Assembly: GCA_008632985.1 (NCBI GenBank)
Contig: QPGO01000071.1
Coordinates: forward strand, 62,001 to 126,000
Length of the DNA stretch: 64,000 bases
Reading direction: 5' to 3'
Origin: Psammoneis japonica
Lineage: Eukaryota
The translations under genes were made by a program, and so were the position numbers. The notes beneath the pieces were generated by a model. The model searched no databases. It was not told the DNA's origin and was given only the letters and a program-made list of their open reading frames with translations. Of this stretch, positions 49,979 to 62,399 are shown one piece after another. Positions within the stretch are counted from its first letter, which is position 1, and every line of letters starts with the position of its first letter.

Positions 49979-50619
49979 TGGCGTATTCTAAAGGTAAAAC
50001 AAGCAAGAGAAAAATGCTTAAGATTGAAATTCCTCTAAAACATCAACAATTGTACCGCTTGAAGCCAAAGCACCGAAAATACAACAGATCAACTACTACG
50101 AGCGCCGTTGATGATAAAACCAAAGAGCTACCCACTACTTTCGAGCTGAATCGTCTAAAGGCTTCCTAACTTACATTGCTTCTTGTTTGAGAGTGAGGGT
50201 GTGTCGGCGGGACGAAAGGATGAATGGAGTGTCTTTTGTGTGTCTCGATTCGAGGACTGCAAGAATTGTGAGCGTTGAAATCAGTCGAGCGCACCAAGAC
50301 GTTGGGCAGAAGCGTTGGGCGCGGCCGTTGAGGCCGTTGAGCTTATGCTTCTATACATGAATGATACCCGTCGCATGGCCAAAAATCTTTATGATAGTAA
50401 TCATTATTGCATAGAACATGAAACATAATGTCGGAAGATTTCTTTACTTTGAACGGATACATGCATTGATTGTATGACGTGCAGACGCGCACCTCCGCAC
50501 AGAAATAAAAGCAAACGCCACGCGGGCGGGCGCGCGACACGCAACACAACATGTGTGTAGAGCAAGTGTAGAGTTCGTGTGCTCCCAACGTAGACGACTC
50601 TAGAGTTTTGTCACCCTGC

Positions 50620-51950
50620 GGTGCGTCTCCCAGCTAGCTAGAGATTGTGTTCAATGAGAGAAGAGATTGTTTTAGGTCAAATCGTAGTGACAGGCTTTGT
50701 CAGAGATGGCATGGATCATGCCACTGCCCACGAGACAGTGGTGGTTGTTCTGCGAAGTCATCCTCAAGCTTGTCAAAAATGTTCTCAGCTTTTTTTTGCA
50801 AAAGCTGCCATTCACAAAAGACTCAGACAGGCAAAACCCATCACGAGTGCCTTTGTCACATGTGAACTTGTTGGGGCAGAGCTGGGGTGGGTGGTGGGCT
50901 GGGACCCTTCGCCTCTCTGGCCAAATGTGTCTTTGTGACAGCACCCCCCCAACTTTTGGAGTGAAAAGTGGCACACAGTGTCATCAGAAGATTGCTCCAC
51001 ATGTGTGTGCATTTGGCATGCAAATGGCATGCTCTGCAGATGTGCACCTCTGCACAGAAGCACTGGGCACATGGTGCACAACATGCGCCGCTGCGCGCCA
51101 CATGCTGGAGTTTGCGTGCTCTCTCTCACACTCTCCAGGCTGGCTGGAGTTTGGCTGCCCTGCATCACATCTCCTGGCTGGCTGGACATTGTGTTCAACA
51201 ACAAAAGAGATTGTTTTGGCAGGTTAAAATCACAGTGACTGGCTTTGTCCAAGATGGCCAGGGTGTCATTGCGAGCGGTTCTGTGCATGAAAAATCGAGG
51301 AAGCACGAGCCAAAAAAGGGCAACGGCGCGCAACTCTTGTTGTGCAGCATTGTCAACATGTTGACAGTCACCAATTTTTGAGCTTGTCAAGACATTTTCA
51401 GTGTGTTTTTGCAAAGACTCAAAAGACTCTGACAGGTGAATCCTATCACAAGGGTCCACAGCTTGGGGCAGTGCTGGTGCTGGTGCTGGTGATGGGCCAG
51501 GAGGCACAAGTGGATGGACTGGAGCATTTTTCTCAATGTTGGAACTGTCATGGCAGCTTGTGCAGACTTTTTTGGAAAAAAATGATAAAGCCATCCTTGC
51601 CATTTGTGCAATGACGGAAGTGCACATGTTGGCACCAGACTTTGACAGAACATTTTGTTTGTGCATGTGTGGTTGGAAGGAAAAGCTGGTTGAAATTCTT
51701 TGCAGTCATGGCATTGATACCGGGAACCAGGGTGAGTGAGTCAGAAGGGGGAAGGGGCTGATGCAATCGCCAAATGGCATTAAGTCAGACACAACACTGA
51801 GCAGCGGCAACAGGTGATTGACCAGGGCCCTGGCCTTGTCCCTGTTTCAAGTAGTCGTTCTCCACAGGCCTGCAATGGTTGTCACCATCTCACCATGACA
51901 TGACTTTCAAGGATGCTGTCATTTAACAGTTTGGGTAAAATGAGGTGTGC
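50620..51950. other. Hypermutated island 4 with a diverged internal direct repeat
   Basis: TpA nearly absent from 50700 to 51700; attgtgttcaa..aagagattgtttt at about 50644 and 51188; agcttgtcaa...aaaagactc.gacagg at about 50767 and 51381. Confidence 0.88.
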
Positions 51951-52074
51951 ATTTTGTTGTAAATGAAAACGATTTCCTAGGGATTATCTGTTCCCTGCCA
52001 AAAACAAGATTGTATTCTAACATCTTCTCAGCATCACCGGATCCTCATCGTGAATGAGTCTGTGTCACTCTCTT

Positions 52075-53689
52075 CTAATCCTTCAAGGCGGGAATGCAAT
52101 TGTTGGGGTGTTGCTGTCCATGGAGACCCTTCAATTTGTAATCACGAATGTTTTCAATTGTAGTGTTCACGATGGCGTCAACTGCCTCCTGAGTAAAAAA
52201 TGCCTGATGCGCCGTCAGAACTACCTTGTTGTCGCCAAGCAACGCCACAAGATCGGGATCCTTGACGCTTCGTGCCGACCAGTCCTGAAAGAAGTATTCG
52301 GCTTCATTTTCGTAAACGTCCATGCCTACGCCGCCAATGATTCCCGTCCGAAGTCCCTTCAACAGCGCCTTGGTATCAACAAGTCCACCACGGCTCGTGT
52401 TGATGAGAATGACGCCCTTCTTTAGTTTCGTGAGAGCCTCGTCGTTGATGGTGTGGCGAGTCGGGGGAATAAGAGGCATCATGAGAAAGAGAACATCGGA
52501 CTGAGCAAAAATCTCGTCTTTGGAGACGTACGTGGCGCCCTTTTGTTTGAGTTCTTCATTCTCAAACACATCATAACACAAGAGTTTGGCTCCAAAGCCC
52601 AGTACAATGTTGCACAGCAAGGCGCCGATCTTTCCTGTTCCCATCACTCCGACTGTCTTGCCGTGAATATCCATGCCCATGAGGCCCGAGTCAAGGGTAA
52701 AGTTGGCCATCTTGACCCTATTGTTGGCCTTGGTAATCTTGCGGTTCACCGCCATGAGAAGCGAAATGCCCATTTCCGCCACGGCATAGGGCGAATAGGC
52801 CGGAACACGGGCAATCGTCATGCCGTAGGCACGAGCAGCCTTGGTATCGACACGATCAAAGCCGGCACACCGCATGGCGACAAGCTTGACGCCAAGGTGC
52901 GAAAGACGCTGCAGCACCTCGGCGTTGGCTGAATCGTTGACGAAAAGACAAACCGCATCGTAGCCGGCAGCAAAGGTGGCGGACTGTTCCGATAGACGGT
53001 CGGTGGTAAAGTCCATAACGATTTGAAACTCTCCATCGTTTTCTTCGTTGAAGGCTTTGATGGCTGGTTTGAAGCCTTCTGTTACCCAACTGGTAGCATC
53101 AAAACACATGACGCGACAAACAGAAGCATCATCGCTGTCGCTCCCGCTGGTATGTTGTCCCTTGACTTGAGAAAGGAGACCGCGGAGAGACTTGGAGCCC
53201 GTCCTCAACTCGGTTGCAAGAGTTTGCATAAATTGTAAGCAAACGCTGGTTCGGTCGAAATGAGACTTCGAAGGTCCTCTCCCTCCAAGAGCCAACCTTG
53301 GTGTCACCGACGGCAGAGACTGTGGCAAACGCCGTAGATCCTTCAATAATGGTGTGCAGGAGTCCCGTGATGCGTCCTCTGCCCTGAATCGTATCCACAA
53401 CCACAGACAAGTCGCGAATCTCCTCCGACGTGGCCATGCTTTTGCCTGCAAAGCTTTTTCGCCGATCCTGGAATGTCTCTCCCTCGGCACTCATCTTGGT
53501 ACGCTGTAGCTTACCAGATTCCAAAAGAATGAGCTGCAACACTTCTTCGCCTTCTCTTTGCAACATATGGCCGTCGGGTACCTCGGCCGAGACCATTTTG
53601 GAAGCAAGAGCCTCCATCATACTATCCGGCGCATCGTGGAACCAGCGGGAGGCCTTGAGCAACTTGATGGCTTCGCTATTCGTGCTCAT
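52075..53689 (-). CDS. D-lactate (D-2-hydroxyacid) dehydrogenase with N-terminal cyclic-nucleotide-binding-like domain (frameshifted)
   Basis: RCAGFDRVD, VPAYSPYAVAE, GVMGTGKIG, INTSRGGLVD, DVYENE and TAHQAF; N-terminal WF...LQREGE..LILLESGKL...FATVSA. Confidence 0.88.
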
Positions 53690-54299
53690 CTTGACTTGCT
53701 GCGTTTGATGAAAGACGACCAAACGTTATGAATGGGCAGACAAGAACGAAGAACACGACGTATACGTGCGAGAAGAAGTTCACTACCTGCCTGCTGGTAG
53801 TGAGAATAATCTTCTCGAAGGACAAAATGTGAGAGAAAGATTCGCCACGTCATGAAAAAAAAAAATACACCCGGTATTTTAAATTAGTATTAAGTACGTA
53901 TAAACGAATATGAACCATGCGATCAAAAGGATTAAAAATCGAATCAAGAATCGTGGCGAACGCTTGCCATGGCGGTGGTGCAATAAGATAATGAGAAACT
54001 TTAGAGGTGATAGAGCGCTGATTTGTGGATCGAAAACAAGCGAGAGAAGGAAACGAAAAGAAATCTGCTCGCTTTTGAAGCATGACGGTCGCAAGCAAAC
54101 GAAACAACCCGCCAAAATCAAATCCGCGACCGCGAGTCCCGTGACGCGATGTGAGTCCACAAACCGCGGAATGCAATGCGCGATCACAAAAAGAAAATGA
54201 AACGCGGATGATGGAAACGTGCTTCGCAAACTGCTTCCATAAAAAAATGATTGTGAGCTGAACGGCAGTCCGGACGAAAAACGATTCAAATCTCAAAAG

Positions 54300-55860
54300 A
54301 TGTATTCACCACGTTTTAGCTCGATGGAAAGCATCGGCACTGGTTTGACAGCATACAACAAAAAGCTGGCACAAAAGCGCGTCAAGCGAGGCGAGTGCAC
54401 CAAGTGTGGCACAAAAACTCACAAGGTGAATTTCATTGGAATCAAGACAGCCCTCACTATAGAGGGACAGGCATTATATGGAAAGTGTTTAATATGCCAT
54501 CCTCTGTCACCAGAGGATTACTCTCGAGGGTTTCCCGCGAGTGCAACACCGCCCATGACAAGCGAATAGTCCAAAAGAAGGCGTGGCTCGATTCCGATAG
54601 GGGCCGTCCATTATGCTGCTTCGTAATGCGTCCGAAAGACACCGAGCAAAAGGTTAAAAGTGACACAACTAGAACTTCTACAAGACCGCCTGCAAGTAAC
54701 AACAATAGGAATTCGGCGAAGCGACTGAAGCGAGGAGAGCCCACTGCCGATAAGCGTGACACAAATACAAAGGAAAAGGCGGAAGCGCTTCTCGTACAAG
54801 GACAGGACTTTCACGAAAACCGCTTGTCATATAGCTGCGAGAATAGCTCCTCATATAATCACATGTCTCAGCAGATGATTTCTTCGACTGTTGGAAACTC
54901 CTCCGCGCAAGCAGATACAAAAGGCGTGTATTCTGACGTAACCGACAAAGCTGATAACCGAAGCATTGCGCTGCCACCAATGGAAGCAGAAGGTTACCCC
55001 GCAAGAAACATAAAATCACAACGGCACCTGCAAACCGTGAAACGACGCGGGAAGTACGCTAGCCACCCCCCGGATCAACCATCGATTCAACCACTTATCG
55101 AGAAATCGACACAAGACTGTTCAAGAGTCATGTCGCCAACCGACGCAGACAAAAAGAAAGACAAGCTTAGCCTGGCACAGAGGCGAATAAATCGAGGGGA
55201 GTGCCCTACATGTGGAAGAAAAACGCACAGAGAAAACTTTTTCGGACGGAAACAGCGCTTAGTGTGAAGGGACAAGTCTTGTATGGGAGGTGTTTGATAT
55301 GCAACCCCGTGCAATCGGTTTCACGTCCACCGAACAGCCACGGTGTCCCACAAAGTCTAGAGGTTATAAGAAGGCTGCATGATATTGATTCAGATACATT
55401 GGTGTCCGAGATCACCCTTGACTGCCAACTTGTTCAGGGCGCGAGGCATAGTGGCAGTCGGCCGCCAAGAGAAAATAGAATTGATGGTGACAACAATCGA
55501 GACATTGACTTCTTCCAGAAGAGAGACAACAAACTTCACCCTAGACCAATGATGTTTGCAGAAGAAAGTGACGGTGATTGGCGTCCGGCTAGCAGGCGGA
55601 CTCCCCAGCCCCCGCAAAGTCACACGAGAATTTACCTGTGAGCCACGCTATTGTTCCGATCCGTCCCACGCGGGCTTGCCTCCGACGTGTGACTATGGGT
55701 GATACCAAATGGGTACCAGGACAAAGTTGTCGGTTTGCTTTCGTCTGAATTTCAATAGGATGAAGATATTCCGATGAAACCGGAGTATCTTACAAAAATT
55801 AGAGATCACCTTTCGTTGTTTACGCGAATCAACTTTGTGAGGATGACGCTTCGTTCAATG
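54300..55860 (+). CDS. Protein with two CxxCG.KTH...G.CLIC.P Zn-finger-like modules (frameshifted; 3' end uncertain)
   Basis: RGECTKCGTKTH..ALTIEGQALYGKCLICHP and RGECPTCGRKTH..ALSVKGQVLYGRCLICNP. Confidence 0.7.
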
Positions 55861-55899
55861 ATGCCCCTACTGGTAAAGGTCTCGTTGGGGAGACAGGAA

Positions 55900-56559
55900 G
55901 GGGCGTCCGCTATCCATTGTTAGTGCCAGAGGGCCTGCTTGGCAGAGAAGCAAGTGGCGATCAATGTAATCGACGAATGACGTTCAAGCCAGTAACGGAG
56001 CTGCGAGCTGCGACAATCTCATCATCTGCATAGAGAATAGTCCATCGGCTCGGAGCTTTATCCTCCTTGCCCCGTACAGTGTATTGAGAGTCATTTCCTT
56101 TTCATCCCACAAGAGGTTGTCACCATCAATGTCAATCGTGGGCAAAAATGGAAGCAATTCGACAACCAAGGACATTTCTCCTCTTGCTAGATAAAAAGTG
56201 ATAATTTCTTTGTTGGGCATGTAGCCACCAAACAAGCTTCCAACAATCGGTAAATTTGCCACGGCCGAACTAAACACAAGCTCAAATTGTCCATCCAAGA
56301 GGCTTGGGTCAATTTTATTACGTGGATCCTCTTCCAAACGTTCCAGCATTCAAATAACACTCGGAGCTTTCACAGAACGCTCTGTTGCACATTGGCGAAG
56401 CAGAGCGGAGGGGTCTTCTTCGGGAGTCGAGTCAACAGCCTTGCGTGCTGACATACGCTTTAAAGGCGACATGTTATTGAATGAGAAGCCCATAACACTT
56501 GATGTTAACTGGAAAAGGTGGGAAGCAACCGCCAGAAGTATCGTCGTCGTGTAACTCAT
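55900..56559 (-). CDS. Probable plastid protein, PAP/fibrillin-like (frameshifted; 3' end approximate)
   Basis: Signal peptide ending VMG-F followed by a basic transit-like segment; LERLEE...LLDGQFELVFSS motif. Confidence 0.55.
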
Positions 56560-57746
56560 GATGGATGTGAAAAAATTGAAAAAATGAATGGGTGAATGGG
56601 CGAATCTTTCGGTCGCGCGTCAGAATCGCGCGGGCAATTTCATTCTCCCTCCAACGTTCGTACTTCGTGCGTCGATGTCGGAACCGACCATGACGCAACT
56701 GCCAAACCCAAAACAGCTCGCCGGTCTAAACGATTTTTTGTACCTGAACAATGTTGTGTTACATCATGTTTCATCAATTCATGAGCCTTGTAATCTCAGA
56801 AGCATCATCTATATCCTCTGAACCTGATCCTATTTGAAAGACCTTTGACGAAAGCGATTGGGAGTAGGCACAGCGAACCGCGACACCAGCGCCGTTGCAC
56901 CTCTTGCCACACAGCAAGTCACTCAAGACGAAACGAAATCAGGACATTCGACATCCATGGATCTAACTAAGAATCGATTTCAACTATCTTGGGGACGAGA
57001 GTATTCTTTTTTTGTTTCTCGACGAGAACTTGTGCGATTGTCACGTCCCTCAAACTATGTCGGACTGCAAGTCAGCACAAACTACATGGGGTACGTTTTG
57101 AAATAGAATGTTGTTATATCGCATGCGAGCAACCCGTCCGTTGTGTGCTAGAATCTTTTAAAGATTCTCGGCCGAAAGGCTGCCCCATGCCACCGGAAAT
57201 CAATTCGTGATGCCATAGAAAATCCCTGTGTTGTTTTTGCTTTTGAGAAACTCTGTGTTTCGTGGATTTCATCATTTGCAACTGAGATTCGCTGGCATAC
57301 TCACAATACATTCTCTCTTTTCAGTAAAGCTGTACTCTGAATGCCTTCATTGTTTAATTCTCTCCGCCTTATGCACACAATATCAAGAGCAAAATGCCTC
57401 TACTCGGACCGGATGATGTCGGAGAAATAGAGTTCATACCCAGATGAAACTAGTCCAGTTCCCTCAGGCAACGGTTTCGTTTTATAAGATGTAGTTACTG
57501 CAGTGAAGTGGTGAATTGAGGAACTAACTCTACTCTAGCTACAGTAGACTAAGAGTAAGCCGCTACGCAAAGGAGTTTAGCACCGGGTACTAGTAAGGGC
57601 AAGCGGCCAGACGGTGATACTCGGAAAGTGGATGGCTGGTGTCAACAACAAGTTCTCATTTTGGATTTCCCATTTCAACACACGAGAGCGAAGCAATACA
57701 CATCATCCACCATCGTTCCATCTTTGAAGAAAGAACATCAATCATC

Positions 57747-57998
57747 ATGACACGCTGCGAGAACTGCAACAAGCATCTGGAGTCCAAGCGAGAGATTGTG
57801 AGCCACTTGGAGAAGGAGCACAACGTTCATGTACGAATGGGCGAAGATTCGCATTTGGTGTACTGCAACGATTGCCACAAGTACCTGGGCAGAAAGGCAA
57901 CGTGTTTCAATGATACAAAGCGGGTCTTGGAGAAGCATCTCGCCAAGTGCCATGACGTCCAGATGCACGAAGGTACCATGGAATTCGAAGAGCAGTAG
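57747..57998 (+). CDS. 83-aa protein with two C2H2-like zinc fingers
   Basis: CENC..HLEKEH and CNDC..HLAKCH. Confidence 0.75.
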   Translation: MTRCENCNKHLESKREIVSHLEKEHNVHVRMGEDSHLVYCNDCHKYLGRKATCFNDTKRVLEKHLAKCHDVQMHEGTMEFEEQ

Positions 57999-58485
57999 GT
58001 TTTGATTGGAGGGGGGTTGCGATTTAAAGAGACGAATCGGAACACGACCAAGAGCTGCTAGATGAAGAGGTAATTCATGTAAATGCACATAGCTCTGACT
58101 TATAAAATCCTCGTCATGTGAGTTTGACTCGTTTCGCATACAGGAAAGATCAATGGCGGTCTTCAACTGTTGCGAAAAAACTTTGGTTCATACTCTCGTC
58201 ATTCGTGATGATGGTGATAAATAGACTGGGACGTAAGAGTTGTGCAAAAATCGTGTAGAGGACATGTCTATCGATTCGGTTTGTACTGTACTATCTCAAA
58301 CGAGCTTCGCCGAAATGAAGATAAATCTTCTCTTACAAAAATCTGTGCACCCCGATGGTTCCTCTTTTTCGTTCTTTCGCTGCAACCGCTCTAGTACGGG
58401 ACCCTTCAACGCAAAATACTGAACAGAACACTGGGAAACGGCATCTATCCCGGGAACTTTCAATCTCTGTCATCGGTCGGTGGCA

Positions 58486-58821
58486 TTAATTCTTCTCGGT
58501 CTTCTGCTCTTTGCTGCCCATCGACATCTTGTTTGCTTTCTTCTTTAGCTTCTCAGTTTGTTCCATAAAATACGGCGTCAAATGACCGAGACCAGCGAAA
58601 TATAATCCCACAACGAAAAATGATCCCATTGCACCGACACCAATGTATAGATCTTTGTCACTCCCAGTGTTAACTTCTTCCTTGATTCCTCGAGGCGCAC
58701 GCTGTGATGCACCCGTCGACCCGAAGCGGCATTGAAGCATCCGACCATTCCTTGACATCGGCGCTTGACAAAGCGGAGCTGTACTCCGCACTGTCGTTCT
58801 CAATACCACTTGTCCAATCAT
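58486..58821 (-). CDS. Small single-TM protein with mitochondrial-type presequence
   Basis: Arg-rich acid-free N-terminus, TM LYIGVGAMGSFFVVGLYFAG, Lys-rich tail. Confidence 0.55.
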   Translation of the reverse strand: MIGQVVLRTTVRSTAPLCQAPMSRNGRMLQCRFGSTGASQRAPRGIKEEVNTGSDKDLYIGVGAMGSFFVVGLYFAGLGHLTPYFMEQTEKLKKKANKMSMGSKEQKTEKN

Positions 58822-58898
58822 TGCAATGAAGTGCTTAACGACTGTTCTGCCTCTCGCTGTGATGAAGTTGCGAGGGACCACACCAACATGCTGCGACT

Positions 58899-59105
58899 TG
58901 GGGGAAGACTCCAGCCAGCTGCTGGCTGAAAAAAGTCTGCTCGTCAGTGCGTTTGGGGGTTTTGCCAGTACAATTTTTATGTACGCAAAAGATGTCGAGT
59001 CTGTCCAGCGCTCGCCAAACCCCCTAACGCACAGATTGACAGACTTTATCAGTACAATTTCTACACAAGATTCTTCAGCCAGCAGCTGGCTGGAGACTTC
59101 CCCCA
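58899..59105. mobile_element. 207-bp MITE-like element with 32-bp TIRs and 4-bp TSD (GACT)
   Basis: TGGGGGAAGACTCCAGCCAGCTGCTGGCTGAA (58899-58930) matches the reverse complement of 59074-59105 with one mismatch; GACT at 58895-58898 and 59106-59109. Confidence 0.85.
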
Positions 59106-59109
59106 GACT

Positions 59110-61080
59110 GACGACTGACCAATTTTTGCTGAATTGCCAGCGCGCGCGAGAAAAGGGCCAACCACGTCATCGCATGCCCGCGATGCCACTACAGACCATC
59201 CACATGCCATGACATTGAACCAGTCGACAGCACACAGAAGCCGGCTGCGGTGTTGGCCCAACAGCCACCATCGGCAGTGTCAGGCCTCATCACAAACCAA
59301 ACTGCTTCAGCGCCTGATTTTGTTCTCCTCCTTGCAGCACTCACCCAAAATTGATCTCTCTCTGAGAGGCTCTGCTGATGCTTTTTCCAACCAGTGCGCC
59401 AGTCTTGCTGTGCGCTGCCATGCGCTCTTTTTTTGCTGTGTTGGAGAGAAGTTTGTGGACCTTCCATCTGGTCAGTGCATGAATTTCTGCCACATGGGTC
59501 ATGCCCCCTTGTTTGCACTTCCCAGCATTTCATCATGAGCGAGTCAGGCGCGCGCAAACATTGTTCTCTGGAGGGCAGTGTGAGAGGCAGCCATTGTGTC
59601 ACTCTCTGGACCATGTAGAAGAAACATTTCAGTCACTTTCATTTCATTTGTTTGGCATTGCCATGCATGGACACCATGTCTCTGGTGTGTGACAGCAAGC
59701 ACTTGCTTTCTGCGCAGCCCATGGGGGTGTCCTCTGCCAAAAAAGTGTTTGCTGTTGTTGTGCTGGCTGCTGTCCTCACGCAAGCAGCCCCTCCATTGAT
59801 GCTCCTTGTTGGCCATCTTGGCAGTCTCTTGTGTGTTCGTTTTAATGTTTCAACATCCTTTTCCACCCAAGTGAGTCACAACCTGGCCACACAGTGGCGC
59901 CACCTGGCTGTGTGCATGAAAGCTGAAATGTTTCACATCTCTGGCAGATGTGCCCAAGCAACCACATGAATGAGCATGTGCGAATGACAACAGACAATTT
60001 GTGCACCTCTGCCCAACTGCCACCACACTGGGCTTTGCTCATCACATTTCACAATTTGCAGCTCAGGTTCTTCCACACCACCTGCTTCTTTCTCAATGTT
60101 GACCAAGAGATTGTCTCAAATGACTGGCAGGCAAAGGGAGAAAGAGAGAGGCACATGGTGCCAAAAAAGGAGCAGCTGGAGTCTGCAGGCAGGATGAAAA
60201 AAAAGAGCTTGACAAGGACATCTGGCTTTGACCTTCTTGAAAGCAGTCTTGAGTGTGCAAGACCAGCTCATTGCTCATTTCAGGAGGAGATCATCTCCTC
60301 CTGTCGGGTGTGTGTTGTGACAATTGTCTTTTTGGAAACCCTGGCATCATTGCAACTGTCAAAACAACTTTGAGAGAGAGAGAGAGAGAGAGAAATGCCA
60401 GCACAGGTCTGCCCAACAAGAAAGTGGTGCCAAAGCTGTTTTGTGAAATCATGTTCTGGCATCTTCCACCAAGGGAAAATTGTCACATGGTCGTGTCTGA
60501 TCTCAGCTGACCGGCGCCCTGGCACAAAATGTCAAATGGGGCAAGCAGTGCCAGAGAGAGTGCCAGAGCTTCAGCTTCTCAAGTTCCTCAGCAAGAAGGC
60601 TTTCTGCCAGGGCCTGCAAGTTGGGGTGAGGCACAAAAGCTGAGACAAGACTTCATCACCAGGGTGCTGGGAACCCTGTCCTGGAACATTTTTGTGAGAT
60701 GTTTCCCAACAGCAGCATTGGAAGAGCAGACTTTGATTGGCAACAATGTGAAAGACATGTGCATCACATGCAACATGTTGCTGTTGTTGCATGCGCCACA
60801 TGTTTTTACTCCAAAGCAAGATGAAGGGACTGCCTGTCACACCTCCCTGTGTGCTGAGCAAGGGCTGAAAGTTGCATCTCTGTTGGAGCAGCACCCAATT
60901 GTCTTCCCTCCCCCCACACCCTCAATTCAACCACCCTCTCATCACACAATTCATCATTTGCCATTGTGTTGCAGGCAGTCTTTCGAATCAACAATCAACT
61001 GTAAATGTGCAGATGACAGACAATTTCAAGACCAAAGATGTCCCTGAAAACTGGCCTGCCAACTGAGGAAGAATGGCTTC
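59110..61080. other. Hypermutated island 5
   Basis: Very few TpA and CpG over about 1.9 kb; TpG/CpA-rich; includes a (GA)n run at about 60372-60393. Confidence 0.9.
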
Positions 61081-61218
61081 TTCTAGCAGAATTAGTCTTC
61101 TTTCTAGCTAGTGGAGACTACGTGCCATGATCTTGCCAATTAAAATTATGATTGCATTTCAAAAAGTAAGGCAGGCCTAAAAAGCTGATGGGCAACAATG
61201 GCACACTCTAGCTAGGAC

Positions 61219-61526
61219 CTTGCTTGTGCCACAGACCGTGCAGTGTCACGCTTACGAAGCGTGCTGTGCTCACCGGAAAAGAAAGCTCTAGAGTCTAGTC
61301 GAAAGGGTTCCTCAGTTCTTGTGTGTTTTTATAGCTACTTGTTAGGGCCCTAGTAGAAGATTCTACAACTGTCTTGCTTGTGCCACAGACCGTGCAGTAT
61401 CACGCTTACGAAGCGTGCTGTGCTCACCGGAAAAGAAAGCTCTAGAGTCTAGTCGAAAGGGTTCCTCAGTTCTTGTGTGTTTTCATAGCTACTTGTTAGG
61501 GCCCTAGTAGAAGATTCTAGAACTGT
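61219..61526. repeat. Two-copy 154-bp tandem direct repeat with 3 differences
   Basis: cttgcttgtgccacagaccgtgcagt starts at 61219 and 61373. Confidence 0.95.
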
Positions 61527-61620
61527 CCTCGAATAGACTACCGGAGTCTCGGTGATTCAACCGCTCCCACTTTTCTCTTTGAAGTTCTGCGAGCCTTGCG
61601 CATAATATGTGTTTAGATCT

Positions 61621-62181
61621 CTATGCGTCGTGCTTGACAGCCCTCCAATAAGGTTCTCTTCTTGAGTTCGAAATCTTGGTGGTGTATGATCGTTTAAATC
61701 TCATAGGAGCTCCCTCCCCTGATTTGACATTGCCATCGATAAACACCTTTTCCTTTTTCTTTTCTGGTTGATCAACTCTTTCCGCTTTTTCTTCCTTTCC
61801 TTCGTCCTTTGCAATTTTTCTCAAAATGTTACAGATATAAAGGTACACTCCGGCGCTCGTCATTGTGATCATTATGGCTAGGCCTGCCTGCCAATCGCCA
61901 AAATCTTCTTCTGGCGGAGGCAGTGTTGCGACGTCACTACTGAGTGGTCGTGCATGCAGAGGCACCACGCGTCGTCGTTGTTGTTGTGAGAGCAGACGAC
62001 TCGATGATCCCGTCATGCTAAAGGATCGTACTTGCGACCTCAGCAACGGTGCGCTCCTGACAGCTGCTTGTTGCATCGATGGCATACAGAGTGCTCGTAT
62101 CTGTGGTGTCGTCGTCATTCTTGCACCCATCATAACGCGAACTCGTCCGGACGCCAATTTTGTGACTGCGTTTCGAAACAT
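61621..62181 (-). CDS. Single-TM protein with long mitochondrial-type presequence
   Basis: MFRNAVTKLASGRVR...RSFS; TM LAIMITMTSAGVYLYICNIL; charged tail. Confidence 0.65.
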   Translation of the reverse strand: MFRNAVTKLASGRVRVMMGARMTTTPQIRALCMPSMQQAAVRSAPLLRSQVRSFSMTGSSSRLLSQQQRRRVVPLHARPLSSDVATLPPPEEDFGDWQAGLAIMITMTSAGVYLYICNILRKIAKDEGKEEKAERVDQPEKKKEKVFIDGNVKSGEGAPMRFKRSYTTKISNSRREPYWRAVKHDA

Positions 62182-62399
62182 AGCGTAAGCTGCTTCTTAT
62201 ATCTATCTATCGAGAGGTCTGTATTATCCGTGTTGCAAAACCTAGTTGATATATCGTTGATGCTGCGCATATGCTGATTTATTTCGTGTTTTTTATGCCT
62301 TGACAGATGTTGCGAGAAAGCTGGGTTCGCAAATGCGGCCATCATCTTGAGTTTCTGTGCGCGAAACAGATGCCGTCAACCAGCTGTGTTCTTCAGCGA

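Noticed and set aside
2338..56559. Many single-base frameshifts as programmed frameshifting or mass pseudogenisation
   Set aside because: They affect many unrelated genes with otherwise intact motifs, which fits long-read consensus indel errors better.
61080..61215. CTAG clusters at island edges as Helitron 3' ends
   Set aside because: No convincing subterminal hairpin; CTAG is also common in ordinary intergenic DNA here and is a context that resists the TpA change.
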